Positions 45,735 to 58,069 of a stretch of 64,000 bases of DNA are shown here, in pieces. The stretch covers positions 372,001-436,000 of the forward strand of contig JAIVFI010000012.1 of NCBI GenBank assembly GCA_025558095.1, read 5' to 3'. Numbering within the stretch: the stretch's first letter is position 1; every line of letters begins with the position of its first letter. The stretch is from Hyaloraphidium curvatum SAG 235-1 (taxonomy: Eukaryota; Fungi; Monoblepharomycota). The notes beneath the pieces are model-generated. The model was not told the origin of the DNA. It worked only from the letters and a program-made list of their open reading frames with translations, and ran no database searches. A program made the translations under genes and the position numbers.

Positions 45735-48346
45735 ATGTCCGAGACCAACGGCGTCAACGGCGCCACGAACGGCACGGCGCCGGTCGTTTCCGACGTGAGT
45801 GTGGCCGTTTCAGGCCCTGGCCCTTCAGGCACCCCGGTGCAGACGCCCCGCGGGACGGAATCTGACGGGCGGCGCCTCATTCAGGCCGCCGTGAGCGAGA
45901 AGACCGCCACCGAGTTGGCGGACGTGCCCCTGAACGGCAAGGCCGCCACCACCGATCTCTCCACGATGGAGGCCGCTGCCCCCGTGGCCGAGCCCCCGAA
46001 GGGCGGAATGGCGGGCTTCTTCCACAAGTCGAACGAGGCCGGTGGGTTTCTTGACGTGCTCCGATGCTGCGGCGCGCTCATCGCTGCGCTGCCAGTCGCC
46101 AAGAGCTTCGTTGGCAAGTTCTTCAAGGTAATCAACAACCCCCGGGAATCCCCCGCCCCGATGCTGACGCGGCCCTCTAGCTCGATGAGCGCAAGACCAC
46201 CTTCTGGACCGAGCTTCGTGCCGGGCTCACGACCTTCGTCACGATGAGGTGCGCTTTCCGTTGACGCGAGTCCCCCCGCTTATCTCACACCCCGCGCACC
46301 GACAGCTACATCATCGCCGTCAACGCCGCCATCGTGTCGGACACAGGCGGCCCCTGCGAGTGCCCTGCCGACCTGTTCCCTTGCTTCCCCGGCAAGGACG
46401 TCGCCTACGATCAATGCGTGTTCGAGCTTCGCAAGAGTTTGATCACGGCCACGACGGCCGGCTCGCTCATCGGTTGCTTCCTCATGGGAGCCTTTGCCAA
46501 CCTGCCTATCGCTCTCGCCCCCGGCATGGGTCTCAACGCCTACTGTGAGCTGGTCCCTGCGCAGATCGCCCGCCAGGATGCTGACAACTTCGAAAGTCGC
46601 CTACACCGTTGTCGGCTTCCGCGGCACCGGATCGGTTCCTTTCGAGGTTGCGCTTGCCGCCGTCTTCATCGAAGGCGTCATCTTCGCCATTCTCTCGATC
46701 CTCGGTCTCCGCCAGGCCCTCGCTAGGTTCCTGCCCCAGACCCTGAAGCTCGCCATGGGTGTCGGCATCGGCTTTTTCCTCGCCCATATCGGCGGTCAGA
46801 CGTCGGAGGGCATCGGCCTCATCACCTACAACCAGGCGACCCTCGTGACCCTCGGCGGTTGCCCGCTGGACGACCGCAACGAGCGCAACGAGTGTCTCGC
46901 GAACGTGATGCGTGGCCCGACCACCTGGGGTGGGTGGCCTGCAAGTTGTCGTTCTGTGCTTCGAATCTAACGTCGATCGCGCTCCCCGATAGTCGGCATT
47001 ATGGGGTTCTTCTTGATCGCCATCCTCATGCTGTACCGCGTCCGCGGTGGCATCTTCATGATCGTCTTGTTCGTCTCGATCATCTCGTGGCGTGAGTGTC
47101 TGTGCCGTGCCTTGGTCAGACTTTCTTTTGATCCGATCGGTCCCCTCTCCGCGCTCCCCCTCCCACCTGCGAATCGCGCACAGCCCGTGGCACTCTCATC
47201 ACCTACTTCCCTTACACCCCGCTTGGCGACGCCAAGTTCGACTGTACGTGTCCTGTTTGTCACCTGCTGTTGCGCCAGTACTCACTCGTTTCGCGTTCAG
47301 ACTTTAAGCAGGTCGTTGCGGTCCCCAACGCTTCCATGACAGCAGGCAAGCTCAACTTTGACCTGTCGGGCGGCGCCGTCTGGCTTGCGCTCATCACCTT
47401 CCTTTGTGCGTCTTCGGGAGTCTTGCAGTACACCACGAATCTAATGCCTCGCTTCGGCAGACGTCGACATTTTCGACGCCACCGGTACCCTGTACTCCAT
47501 GGCCAACTTCGGCGGCTTCACCGACAAGTACGGCGACTTCCCGGGTGCCGAGTTTGCTTTCCTCGCCGATGCCGTCGCCATCTCGATCGGTGCCGTGCTC
47601 GGCACGTCCCCCGTCACCGCCTTCATCGAGTCGGCGGCCGGCATCGCCGAAGGAGGCCGTACCGGTCTCACGGCCATCACGGTGTCGTTCTTCTTCTTCA
47701 TCGCCCTGTTCTTCGCCCCCATTTTTGCCTCGATCCCGCCGTGGGCCACGGGTCCGGCCCTCATCGTCGTCGGTTGCCTGATGGCCCAGGGTGTCTCGAA
47801 GATCAACTGGTGAGCACGGGAAACAGCGTCAGACAATCGGCAGCTGAAGCTCACTGCTTTACACTTTCCAGGCGCTACTACGGCGATGCCATCCCCGCGT
47901 TCGCTACCATTGCTCTGATGCCCCTCACCTACGTGAGTGAAGGATTTGGGCGGATGTAGCTGCTTCTAACGAGTGCTCTGGCTGGCAGTCGATCGGCTAC
48001 GGCATCATCGGCGGCATCTTCGTCTACCTCGTCCTGAACGGCGGCGTCTGGCTCCTTGCCAAGGTGTCGGGCGGCAAGATCGTGCCGCCGGACCACGACA
48101 AGAGGGAGAAGTACAACGCCTACAACGAGCTCCCGATCCTCCCCAAGTGGATTCGGTCCCTCTACTCCAAGGCGACGAAGAAGCCTATGTGGGAGGACAC
48201 GCCCAAAGGGCAGGAAGTACGTTCGGAAGCAGCAGGGACGAAGTGTCGGATCCTCACGCCACGCGATCTCGCAGGTCCTTGCCCGTTACGATGCCATCCC
48301 GCGCTCCGTCCTGGAGGCCGAGATCGAGGAGGCAAAGCACTTCTAA
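45735..48346 (+). CDS. azgA: AzgA-type purine (adenine/guanine/hypoxanthine) permease
   Basis: [95 protein letters not shown]; about 10 introns. Confidence 0.92.
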
Positions 48347-48581
48347 GGAGGGGGAGTCGGTGATTCGGATGAGGAGGTTAACTGAGTTGCGTCGCAGCAC
48401 CGCATATTGCATCTGTATTGGCCCGTGTGTAGGTCGGGACGCTAGAACTTGAGTAGAGATTTGGATCTTTCGTTGCTCGACCGACCGCCACCGTTAGCTC
48501 GGGGAGCCAATCGCGACTCCGGGCGGGTCAGGGAGGGTCCGGCCACCGAAGACCTTATCTCAACTCCAATCGCAAGCAAGA

Positions 48582-50501
48582 ATGGACATACACGCGCCTC
48601 CGGACCCGCCTACGGTCGAAGTCATCGACTCTCTTGCCGATGAGGAGGAGCCAAACACGCCCGAGGCCGATGAGACCGCGCCGATTCTTGCCCCGGCGCG
48701 CACTCGTCGCAGCACCGTTCACTCGCTCGACGACCGCTTCACCGACGGATGGCTCTCCGCGAGCACCAAGCGCGGCATTGCGGAAACTGCGGAGCTTTCT
48801 GCGCCGGTGATCCTGGGAAATCTGGCCAAGTCGTGCGTGCAGCGCGAGATGCGTGGCCGGGTCCCCCGTTTGACATTGTCTCCTCCCCGCAGCCTGACGA
48901 ACCTCTACGTCATGCTCCGATTCCCATCGCAGCGCGTTCTCGGCACGCAGTCTCTGGCGTCGGCGGTTCTCGCGAACTTCTACATCCAGGTCTTCGGGAA
49001 CGCGACCGCGATCGGTGGCGCATCTGCTCTGGAAACGCTCTGCTCGCAGGCGTTTGGGGCCGGCCATCTGTCGTTGCTCGGCGTCTATTTGCAGCGCGGC
49101 ATCCTCTTCTACATCCTGTTCCTCTTCGGTACGATGGACGATGGCGCTTGTGCTAGGGTGAAAACTGACTCTCGGCACCAGTGCCCGTCGCTGCGCTGTT
49201 CTGGTTCGCGGAGCCCGTCTTCCTGGCGCTCGGACAGCAGCCCGACTTGGCCCGTGGAGCCGCTCAGATCTGCAGGGGCGCGATTTGGGGCATGATTCCG
49301 AACGGCATGATAGAGTGCTTCCAGCACTACCTTCTTTCGCAGGGTGAGCCCCCCTTCGAAGACTTCGCTGAATCGAGTTAATCGCCGAGAATGACTGTCG
49401 CTCCGCAGGCAAGGTCTGGGCTCCGGTCGCCATCTTTTGGGTCGGCTTCATCGTCGCCCTCACGGTCGGCGGCCCTCTCATCACCGGCAAAGTGGAAGCT
49501 GACGGCGGCGTGCACGTCGATGCGTACGACCTCACTGCTGTCGGTTGGACCATCAGCGCCGTCTGGTGAGGCTGCTTCGACCGCCTCAACGTGCCCTTCC
49601 TTATCGCCGCCTCGATATCTCAGCACATCCTACGCTCTCATGGCCATCCTGTTCTCGCTCGTCTTCACGCGCAAATCCGGTGCCTTCACCGGGTTCCAAC
49701 CCAAGGAGGCGCTTGCCCCGAAGGAGCTGTGGCACTACATCAAGCTCGCCGTCTACGGCTACCTCATGCTCGTCGCGGACCTCATCGTGTTCGAGGGCCT
49801 TTCGGTCCTCAGCGGCTTGATCGGCGAGCGCGAGCTTGCATCGCAAGGAATTCTCCTCAGCATGACGTCGCTCATCTGTACGTTGCTGCCCGCTGCAGTC
49901 GCCTTTCTGCGAGCTTACCAAACCCGCGTCAGACTTTACCTTCCCGGTCTGCGTTGCATTCGTCGCCGCGGTCCGCGTGGGCCGTGCGCTGGGCGCCAAC
50001 AAGTATCGCGCCGCCAAGAAGGGCTACATCTCTGCGATCGGCCTCGGCATGGTCGGCGCGATCGCCATATCTTCGACGATGGTCGGGCTCCGCTTCGAGC
50101 TGCCGCTCTTCTTTTCCGACGATGCCAAGGTCATCGAGCAAGTCTCGGCCGTGCTGCCCCTGGTGGCCGTCATTTCCGCGATCGACAACAGCGCCATCAT
50201 CTCGACCGGCGTGCTGCGCGGCATGGGCAAGCAGTACTTCTCGGCCATCACCAACATCGGAGGCCTCGTCCTTTGCGGTCTCGGCTCGGCGTGCATCATG
50301 GTCCTGGTCCTCAACTACAAGCTCTGGGGAATCTGGATCGGCCTGCTGATCGGCACCGTCATCGTCACCGGGTCCCAGGTGGGCTACCTCAGCCTCGTCG
50401 TGGACTGGAAGGCGGAGGCGCAGGCCGTGGTGGACAGGTTCAAGGCGCGGAACGAAGAGGGCAATTCCTCGGGGGAACCGGTGGAACCGGCCGCTCACTA
50501 G
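48582..50501 (+). CDS. MATE-family efflux transporter
   Basis: LGTQSLASAVLA, GGASALETLCSQAFGA, LGVYLQRG, VRVGRALGA, GVLRGMGKQ, WGIWIGL; multi-exon. Confidence 0.92.
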
Positions 50502-50693
50502 GCTCTGTCGCCAAAGTTGGATGGGATGAGTCGGTTAGAGAATTGGAACTGGAGCATGGACAGTTGGACACCTAGACGCCTTCTATGTAACGTGTGTAAT
50601 GCTGCATGGCCTTCACGACGATGATGGCGAGGGATCGAGCGACGAAGCTGTTGCATTGAGTCCTGAGGACCCCTACGGACCCTCGGAACACGA

Positions 50694-51209
50694 ATGAAAC
50701 TGCAGGCGGAGCCTCTCAACGCGGATTCCTTCGCGCCCTTCGGCAGCGTCGTCGATGCCGCGGCGCTCAAAGGCTGGCCCGTGAACCAGGGCCGGGCGCG
50801 CCGCGCCAACATCCCCAGCCCTTTCGAGGCGCCGGACGGAGCCATCGCGCCGCGCCTAGCGATCTACGAGGTCCAGGGGACCCCGTCGCCGATCGAGATC
50901 CCCGTGCTGGAGCGGCACCCCTTATCGCCCCAGATGTTCGTGCCCCACGGGACTGGGCGATACCTCGTCGTGGTGGCCCCGACGGACGACGAGGACAAGC
51001 CGGACGTCGCACACGCACGCGCGTTTGTGGGGAAGGACGGGCTCGCGGTGGTGTACAGCAAAGGAACCTGGCACGCACCCATGTTCGCGCTGGACCAAAG
51101 ACTGGACTTTATGATGGCCATGTCGGAGGCTGGGGACCAGCGAGACACGGAGGAAGTATCGCTGGCGGTGCCGCTGGAGGTCATTGCTCCTGATGTGTCG
51201 CACCGATGA
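50694..51209 (+). CDS. Ureidoglycolate lyase (AllA/DAL3 family), intronless
   Basis: AEPLNADSFAPFG, VNQGRA, LERHPLSPQMFVP, YLVVVAP, YSKGTWHAP. Confidence 0.92.
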   Translation: MKLQAEPLNADSFAPFGSVVDAAALKGWPVNQGRARRANIPSPFEAPDGAIAPRLAIYEVQGTPSPIEIPVLERHPLSPQMFVPHGTGRYLVVVAPTDDEDKPDVAHARAFVGKDGLAVVYSKGTWHAPMFALDQRLDFMMAMSEAGDQRDTEEVSLAVPLEVIAPDVSHR

Positions 51210-51499
51210 TCGGATGCAGGGGACGGAAGCTGTACCGGAGAGTACGTTGCATTTGCAGAACTCGCCGCTTCGAATACTCTTCCGCGGAGTGTATTGCATA
51301 GTCGATGCTTCAGCGTACAGATTACAGTCTTCCATGGTGGCCAAGATGTCGAAGCCTTGCATGATGCATGCCGTGTTGCTCAGGTCCCAAGCCCAGCAGT
51401 TCCAAACGCAGTCCTCCCGAACCAGATCTATGCAGATCTATGCAATCCGAGGCCCATCCACGCGTCTCCGGGCCGAACGCGGCAGGGAAAGCGGCCGAA

Positions 51500-53350
51500 T
51501 CAGGAGCTTTGTGCGCCCGAGACCATCCGGCCGCGCACGTACACCTGGCGGATGGCGCTGATGTCGCCGAGGTAGACCCACTTCTCGATGATCGAGGCCA
51601 TGGTGTCGTGCGGGAAGATGTCCACCGGGTTCTCCGGGTTCTCCAGGTCGATCACGAGCGCATCGAACTCCTTCCCGACCTCGAAGTTGCCCACGACGTT
51701 CTCGAGCCCGAGCACCTTGGCGCCCCCGACGGTGGCAAAGTAGAGCACCTGCGCGAGGTTGAGCGCCGGCTGGCGGTGGCGGTGCTCCGTCGGCGTCGTG
51801 CTGAGCGACGGCATGCTGAGGATCTTGCCCGCCGTCATGGCGTCGCGCACCGTGTTCTGCAGCGAGGGGCTGTACCCGCCCGAGACGTCCGTGCCGAGGC
51901 CGATCTTGTCCGTGAAGCCCTCGCGCTTGCCGGGGGGCGGCGTGCACATGTAGTGCCGCACGTTGCAGATGCCGGAGCCGAGGGCAAAGTTGGAGGTCGG
52001 GCAGTGCGAGAGGCCGACGTCGCGGCGCACCATCATCTCCCGCTCGTCGTCCGAGAGGTAGATCCCGTGCGCCATGATCGACGTGGGGCCCAGCAGACCG
52101 TACTTGTCGTACACCTCGACGTAGTTGTGCTCGTGCGGGTGCAGCTTGTGCACCCAACCGACCTCGGCGGGGTTCTCGCACGTGTGCGACTGGATCGGCA
52201 CGGAAAACTCCTTGGCGATCTGGCCGAGGCCCGAGAGCAGCTCGTCCGTGCATGTGGGCACGAACCGCGGCGTCACGACGGGGCGGATGAGGCCGACCTT
52301 GTGCGGGTCGTCGGCGACGCCCTCCGAGGTCACGTGCAGGACGTGCTGCACAAAGTCGCGGGTATCGCTCAGCGACGACCCAGTGTCCTCGACGTAGTAG
52401 TCGGGCCCATTGCGGTCCATGCAGACCTTGCCCACGAGGCCGCGCTGGCCCTGCCGGAGCATCTCGTCGGCCAGGACCTTGGAGCCCTCGAGGTGGATGG
52501 TCGCGTAGTAGCTGGCGGCGGTGGTCCCGCACCGCAGGGTCTTGGCGACCGCTTTGCGGTACGCCATCCGCGCGTACTCGACGTCCTTGAACGCCGCCTC
52601 CCGCGGGAAGGTGTAGGTGTTGAGCCACTCGAGGAGCGGCAGGTCGAGGCCGGTGCCGGCAAAGACGTACTGCGAGGCGTGGATGTGCGTGTCGATGAAG
52701 CCGGGGAAGATGAAGGTCGAGGGGGTGGTCGTGGCCGTGACCTGTGCGGCGCGCAGCGATGCGACGGAGGAGGAGAGGGGAGGTCAGGGTCGCACGAGGA
52801 GTGCGCAGCAGTTCGCACGCACCTTCTGGATCTGCAGGTCGACCCCTTGCATGTGCGGCACGGCCTCTTGGATCTCCTTTGCGAGGATGTCTGCGGGCGG
52901 GAGCACGAAGCCGCCAGCGGCCTCGACGGCCATGCGCACGCAGCCCAGCTCGGGGGTCACGAAGCGGATGACTCCGGCGGGGTCGACGCCGAGCGCGGCG
53001 GCGGGGCCCAGCATCTCGATCACGGGCAGGAAGACCTGCGAGTCCTTCGGCAGCCGACAGTGCACTATGTTGCCCACGAACAGGTGGATCCCCGTTCCGT
53101 CGGAAGTTGAACTGGCCGCCCCGCGAAGCACAAAGGTGCGGACCCCGGAGGCGCGGGCGGGTGCGGCGGCGGCGGAGTACGGCGGCGGCGACTCGACATC
53201 CGCCCGCGCGACGACGACCTCGAGCAGCGGGGCGGGCTTGTCGTCGGTGGGGCGGGACGCGTCGCACCGGCGGGCCCTCAGCAGCCGCGCGAGGAACAGC
53301 AGCGCCGCGACGGCCACGGCCGCGAGCTGCGCGAGCAGAACAAAGTCCAT
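51500..53350 (-). CDS. Guanine deaminase with N-terminal hydrophobic extension
   Basis: PGFIDTHIHASQY, LLEWLNTYTFP, GTTAASYYATIH, TPRFVPTCT, IQSHTCEN, MAHG, HCPTSN, GLGTDVSGG, GNFEVGKEFDA; intron near 52744-52822. Confidence 0.93.
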
Positions 53351-53652
53351 CGTCGCGGAGGGCGGGCGCGGCGCTGGGAAGTGGCGGGGAAGCGAGTCGA
53401 GATAACGGTCCGGCCCCCGCGCTGGTCCCGGTCCCGGTCCCGACCCTGATCAGATGATTCACACCCGACCGAGATCGAGATCGGACCACTATCCATTGCT
53501 CATCGCCCATCTGGATTGCGATTTTTGTCATCAGGAGGCATCTGCCTTTCATTCGCGCCCCTTCGATCGGCCCTCCGCGCGTTTGCGTGGCACTCGCAGC
53601 CCCCCGGGACCACCGACTCGTCTCCAAATCGGGAGAAGTTCGCCTGCACGAC

Positions 53653-55155
53653 ATGGCGCCGCAGCAGCCGCGGTTCGCCATCGTGGGGGGCGGTCTCGGC
53701 GGCCTGGTGCTCGCGCTGGCCATCAAGAAGCACCTGGGCGTCACGCCGACGGTGTACGAGCAGGCGCCGAGCTTCGGTGGGCACCGCGCGATTCGCGCCC
53801 CGGACGCGCCCTGAGCCGCTCTCGCCCCGCAGATGCCGGCGTCGGAGGCGCCATCGGCATGTACGCCAACGGGCTGCGCGTCATCCGCGACATCTCGCCC
53901 GAACTGCTCGACCGCATCCGCGCAGACAGCAGGCCGTACGTGCACCGCAGGTGGATGCGCCACGACGGCTCAGAGGTCGCCGTGGGCGAGGAGCGCTACC
54001 TGGCGGAGTGGCCCACGCGCCGCGACGAGCTCGAGCTCGCGTCCATCGGCATCAGGCGGTGGCGCCTCCAGCAGGCCCTCTACGACGCCTGCCTGGCCGC
54101 GGACATCCCCGTCAAGCTCGGAGTTCGCGCCGAGCTGGACGGGCAGGATGCGGAAACGGGCGTGGTGCGCCTCAAGGTCGACGGGAAGACCGTCGAGGCC
54201 GATCTCGTGTTTGGGTGCGACGGCGTCCGGTCGGCGATCCGTGCGGCCCTGTTCCCCGCGTCGGAGCCCGACTACACGGGGGTGACGTGCCTCATGGGTG
54301 CGGCACCCTTCCGGCGTGAGAAGGACGGCATCTGCTTCCCGTCCTCGGCAACGACTCGGTGGGGGAGCACCTTATCTCCTGCGCCGCGCGTCACGCTAAT
54401 TCCTCATGCTGCTGGCTCGGCAGCAATCATGCTTGCTACTACAACACAGGGGACAACGAGCAGGTTTTCCAGATCTACTTCAGCACCCCCGAGCGGCCGG
54501 AGACGTGGCGGGCGCTCAGCAAGGAGGAGGGCAAGAAGGAGTGCGAGGCGCTCGCTGCGCAGCTCAAGTGGGCCCCCCTCTTGTCCGACGCCTGCGAAGC
54601 TAATCCTCACCGTGCCCCAGAGCCGACGGCTGGGACAAGCAGTTCGTCGACCCGCTCCTCCAGGCCGAATCCGTCCTCCGCGTCGGCCTGCGCTCCCGCA
54701 AGCCGATCCCCGTCTGGCACGACCGCCGCGTGATCCTCCTCGGCGACGCGGCCCACCCGCCCGTGCCGTACATCGGCCAGGGCGCCATGATGGCGATCGA
54801 GGACGCCGGCGTGCTGGTGTTCTGCCTGCGCGCGCTGTGCCAGCCCGCCTCGGGCGGTGCCTTCTCGTTCGCGCAGCTGGAGGACGCGGTGCGGCTGTAC
54901 GAGAAGCTGCGGTACCCGCGCACGGCCGAGACGCTCGCGAGGAGCGAGTCGCTGGGGAAAATGCAGGTGCAACGCGCCTCGGATCCCGACAGGGCCGAGG
55001 TGGAGAAGCGCGAGCGGGCACTGGCGGAGGAGGTGGCGGAGCTGGGGACGCTCAGGGTGATGAAGGCCGGGCCCGGCTACGACTACCGCGCGGAGGTCGC
55101 TAATGCGCTGGCGGAACACGTGCGCGGACGGGTGCTCGCGGAGGCACATCTCTGA
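53653..55155 (+). CDS. Group A FAD-dependent monooxygenase, candidate HpxO-like urate hydroxylase
   Basis: IVGGGLGGL (GxGxxG), [15 protein letters not shown] (DG motif), [24 protein letters not shown] (GD motif); three introns; ends in -AHL (PTS1-like). Substrate inferred from context only. Confidence 0.85.
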
Positions 55156-55188
55156 TAGAAGGCTTGGAGAGACACAGCATGACACCAG

Positions 55189-57887
55189 CTAGCATGTACA
55201 CGGAATCGAAGGCGACGCTTCCACGATCGTGACGGGATCTCCAACGTTCAACATCCCCTCTCCCTTGCCCGAACTCCTGCTCAAGTCCTCGCGCCACATC
55301 AGGTGCGCACCAAATGTGATCTTGCCCTTCGCATTCTTCCGTTTGCGGGATAGGGTGCTGTAGGGCTCCGTCGTCTTGGTGCCGGTATCCTTTCAGAGAA
55401 CGACTCAGCATCGAGTCGATGGCAGAGCAAGGGAAAGACGCACCTGGTTGATGCTGACCATCAAGCACCTCCGGCAAGCGCCCAGCACCTGGAACACTTG
55501 GTCGCCTATCCGGAAGAGGTCCACGTCGTCCTCGAAGAACGGCGGCACGCCGTCGGAGTCCGCAAGTTCCAGGTTGGCACGGAAGCAGGCCGAGGGTATC
55601 GCGGCATGCGTCGTATCGGCCGCGATCCACTCGTTGACTTTGCGCGTGGATGACGAGCTGATTAGAAGGAACGGAGACTCGTTCGACAGGAGGAGTGGCA
55701 AGGGCGGCCCGTCGAAATGGGCATGTCGGCTCGATCCCGAGGACGGTTCGGCGATGTAGCGCTGGAGCTCGCAGGGCGTGCCGAGGAAAGAAGTGAACCA
55801 CTCGTCCGCGGCGGCGCTCACGTGCGCGACGGGTACGGTGTCACCACATACGCGGGCTTCAGAGGATGCGTCGAACGACGTGGGCCGTGGAAGCGGCAGA
55901 ACTAGGTCCGGCATCCCAGGCGCGGTGACTCGCAGGATCCCGGCGACGAGGTCCACGCTCGGCCTGATAAGGACCATCCTTGGCCACCGCTTTTGCGAGA
56001 GCGATATCTCCGTGCGCGGATCTACGACCATCCATTCGCGGTCGAAAGCCAGGCCGGTGGAACCGATGGTCCAGGATGAAACAGTCTGGCCAGCGCACGA
56101 CTTGATGGGATCTGCAGGACGGTCTGCTTCAGCCCGGCTGCCAATGAGCTTTGCGGTCGACAATGACTCACAGAGGGTCAGCTTATCCAGCCAAAGAGAC
56201 TGAGTCCGCAAGGAAACAGGGGTGCTTGTCAAGGAGACAGCCGCTTCCGACTCGGTATAGAAACGGCGAACAAACTCAACGAAGGCGAGCGCATCTGCGA
56301 GCGTAGAGCTGGCACCGAACGAGATACGTGCGATTCCTAGCGGACGGGCTTGCTCGTCGAACTCGTCTAGAAAGACGTGTAACAGTCAAGAACGACCCCT
56401 TGCCAATCGACGACCACTTCAGCTCACCATCGTCCCAACACGACAGCTGCTTATCGCGCATGCGTACGAGATCTTCGTCGTCGAACCCCGCTGCCGATAT
56501 CCACGCGCCCGTGTTGCAGAGACGTCCGGTACGCAGCTGAAATCCATTAATCGTGGCCAGTCGGTCGAATTGCACATGTCCGCTGTGAGCCCCCCGTGAA
56601 TCGAGCAGCGAGAAACCAATGGTCGCCCCGGGTTGCTCCAAATAATAGCCCATATGGCGTCGGAAAACCGGCGAGCCGTTCGCGTGCCTCAGTGCGCCGA
56701 GCGCATCCGCTACAAAGGATGCGAGGCTGGTGGCGTGCGCAGACACCAGTGAATGCGATCCATAGAGAGCGCGGTGCGTGTCAAGTGCGTGTCCGAGCCC
56801 AACGATATCCAGGAAAGGCAGCGTGCCAGCCTCCAAACGCTCATGCACGGTCGGCTTGTATCCAGCTCCCCGCCTCCGCGTCACCCAGAACGGCGACCCT
56901 GTCGAAAATCCTTCCACGGTGCCGCCTCCGAAGTACGCGTCGTTGGAAAGCAGATGGCCGGACGCGCGCTTCACGACGAGGGCACCGAGCCCCGTCGGCC
57001 AACCCTAAATGGGATAGGTTAACTTCATCGCCACGGCGGCGACGCTTGCACTCATCAACTCACGAAGAGCTTGTAGAACGACATGGCGATGAAGTCGGGA
57101 GCCAGACGCGACTCCAAGGCTCCGAGGTTCAGCACATTCGTCGAAAGGTAGGCGGCGGCATCGACCAAGACAGCCGTCTTTGGTGAACGCTGCTTGATCT
57201 TCCGACAAAGTTCCAAGCCCAAACGTGCGCCCGTAGCGTTGCACTGCGCCGGATAGGCGGCCAGGCACAGCACATCGGGTTCGTCCGACCATCCGCCAAG
57301 CATCTCGGCCTCCTCGAGGGCCTGAACGTCCACTCCGTTGGCCAGAGCGAGACCCCGAATGCCCACGAGACTGGTGTGCGAGTTCTTCAGGTATCGCAAA
57401 CGCGTGCGTCCTTCCCGACGCCAGGGAAAGGCATCCCCGACGAGCTTCAGCGAGGATGTTGCGCCGGACGTGAAGACCACGTCCCATTCCTTGGCCCGCT
57501 CCGATTCGAGGCCGAAAAGCTCAACAAGCACCCGTGTTCGGACGCGGTCGATGGCCAGGCTGGTGGCGACCGCGGCCGTCGACCGGGAGTGGGGGTTCGA
57601 GTAGAGGGTCGAGGACATGTCCGAAAGGAAGGCCTGTACGGCAGCCGGCGGCGCAGGAGGCGACGCCGCATAGTCCAGATAGACCGTGTCTGTCGTTCCG
57701 ACATGCGGGGCAGGGGCAGGGCATTGCCAGGCGTCAGCTTGAGCGACAGGGACGGTGCGCGGGATGCACCTTGCAAGGCCGGGAACTCCCTCTCCCGCCG
57801 CCTCTCGAACTCGTCGGCATCGCCGTACCCATAGCCTGCATCTTGCAGCTTCCGCCGCAGCTCGGCGATTGGATCGTCCGCGGTCAT
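55189..57887 (-). CDS. hxB: Molybdenum cofactor sulfurase (HxB/MOCOS/ABA3)
   Basis: YLDYAAS, LYSNPHS, VVFTSGAT, SFYKLF (PLP Lys), GGGTV, EAGTLPFLDI, LRTGRLCNTG; C-terminal MOSC domain PIKSC, DREWMVV, FRANL, CRRCLMV. Confidence 0.92.
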
Positions 57888-58069
57888 TCGTTCATCTCCC
57901 GCCCGACTTTCGAAACTTCCGCTGTTCCTCTCCAAAAAATGCGTGAACTCCCTTGTCCTCGCGTGAATCTCCGCTGGCACGACTCAGCCACTCGCGATAA
58001 CCAGAAAGTCAAGTCGACCAAGTCCGAGCACGTCCCGCCTCCGGAGGACACGTCGGGGCTCGGTAGAAG

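Noticed and set aside
45729-45742. TCGG-N6-CCGA, a UaY-type site, at the azgA start
   Set aside because: It overlaps the ATG, and a few matches are expected by chance in 64 kb of GC-rich DNA; not seen in the other cluster promoters I inspected.
56510-56540. Moco sulfurase LRTGRLCN in place of the usual LRTGCFCN, read as inactivation
   Set aside because: The second Cys, which I recall as the persulfide carrier, is retained and the rest of the gene looks intact.
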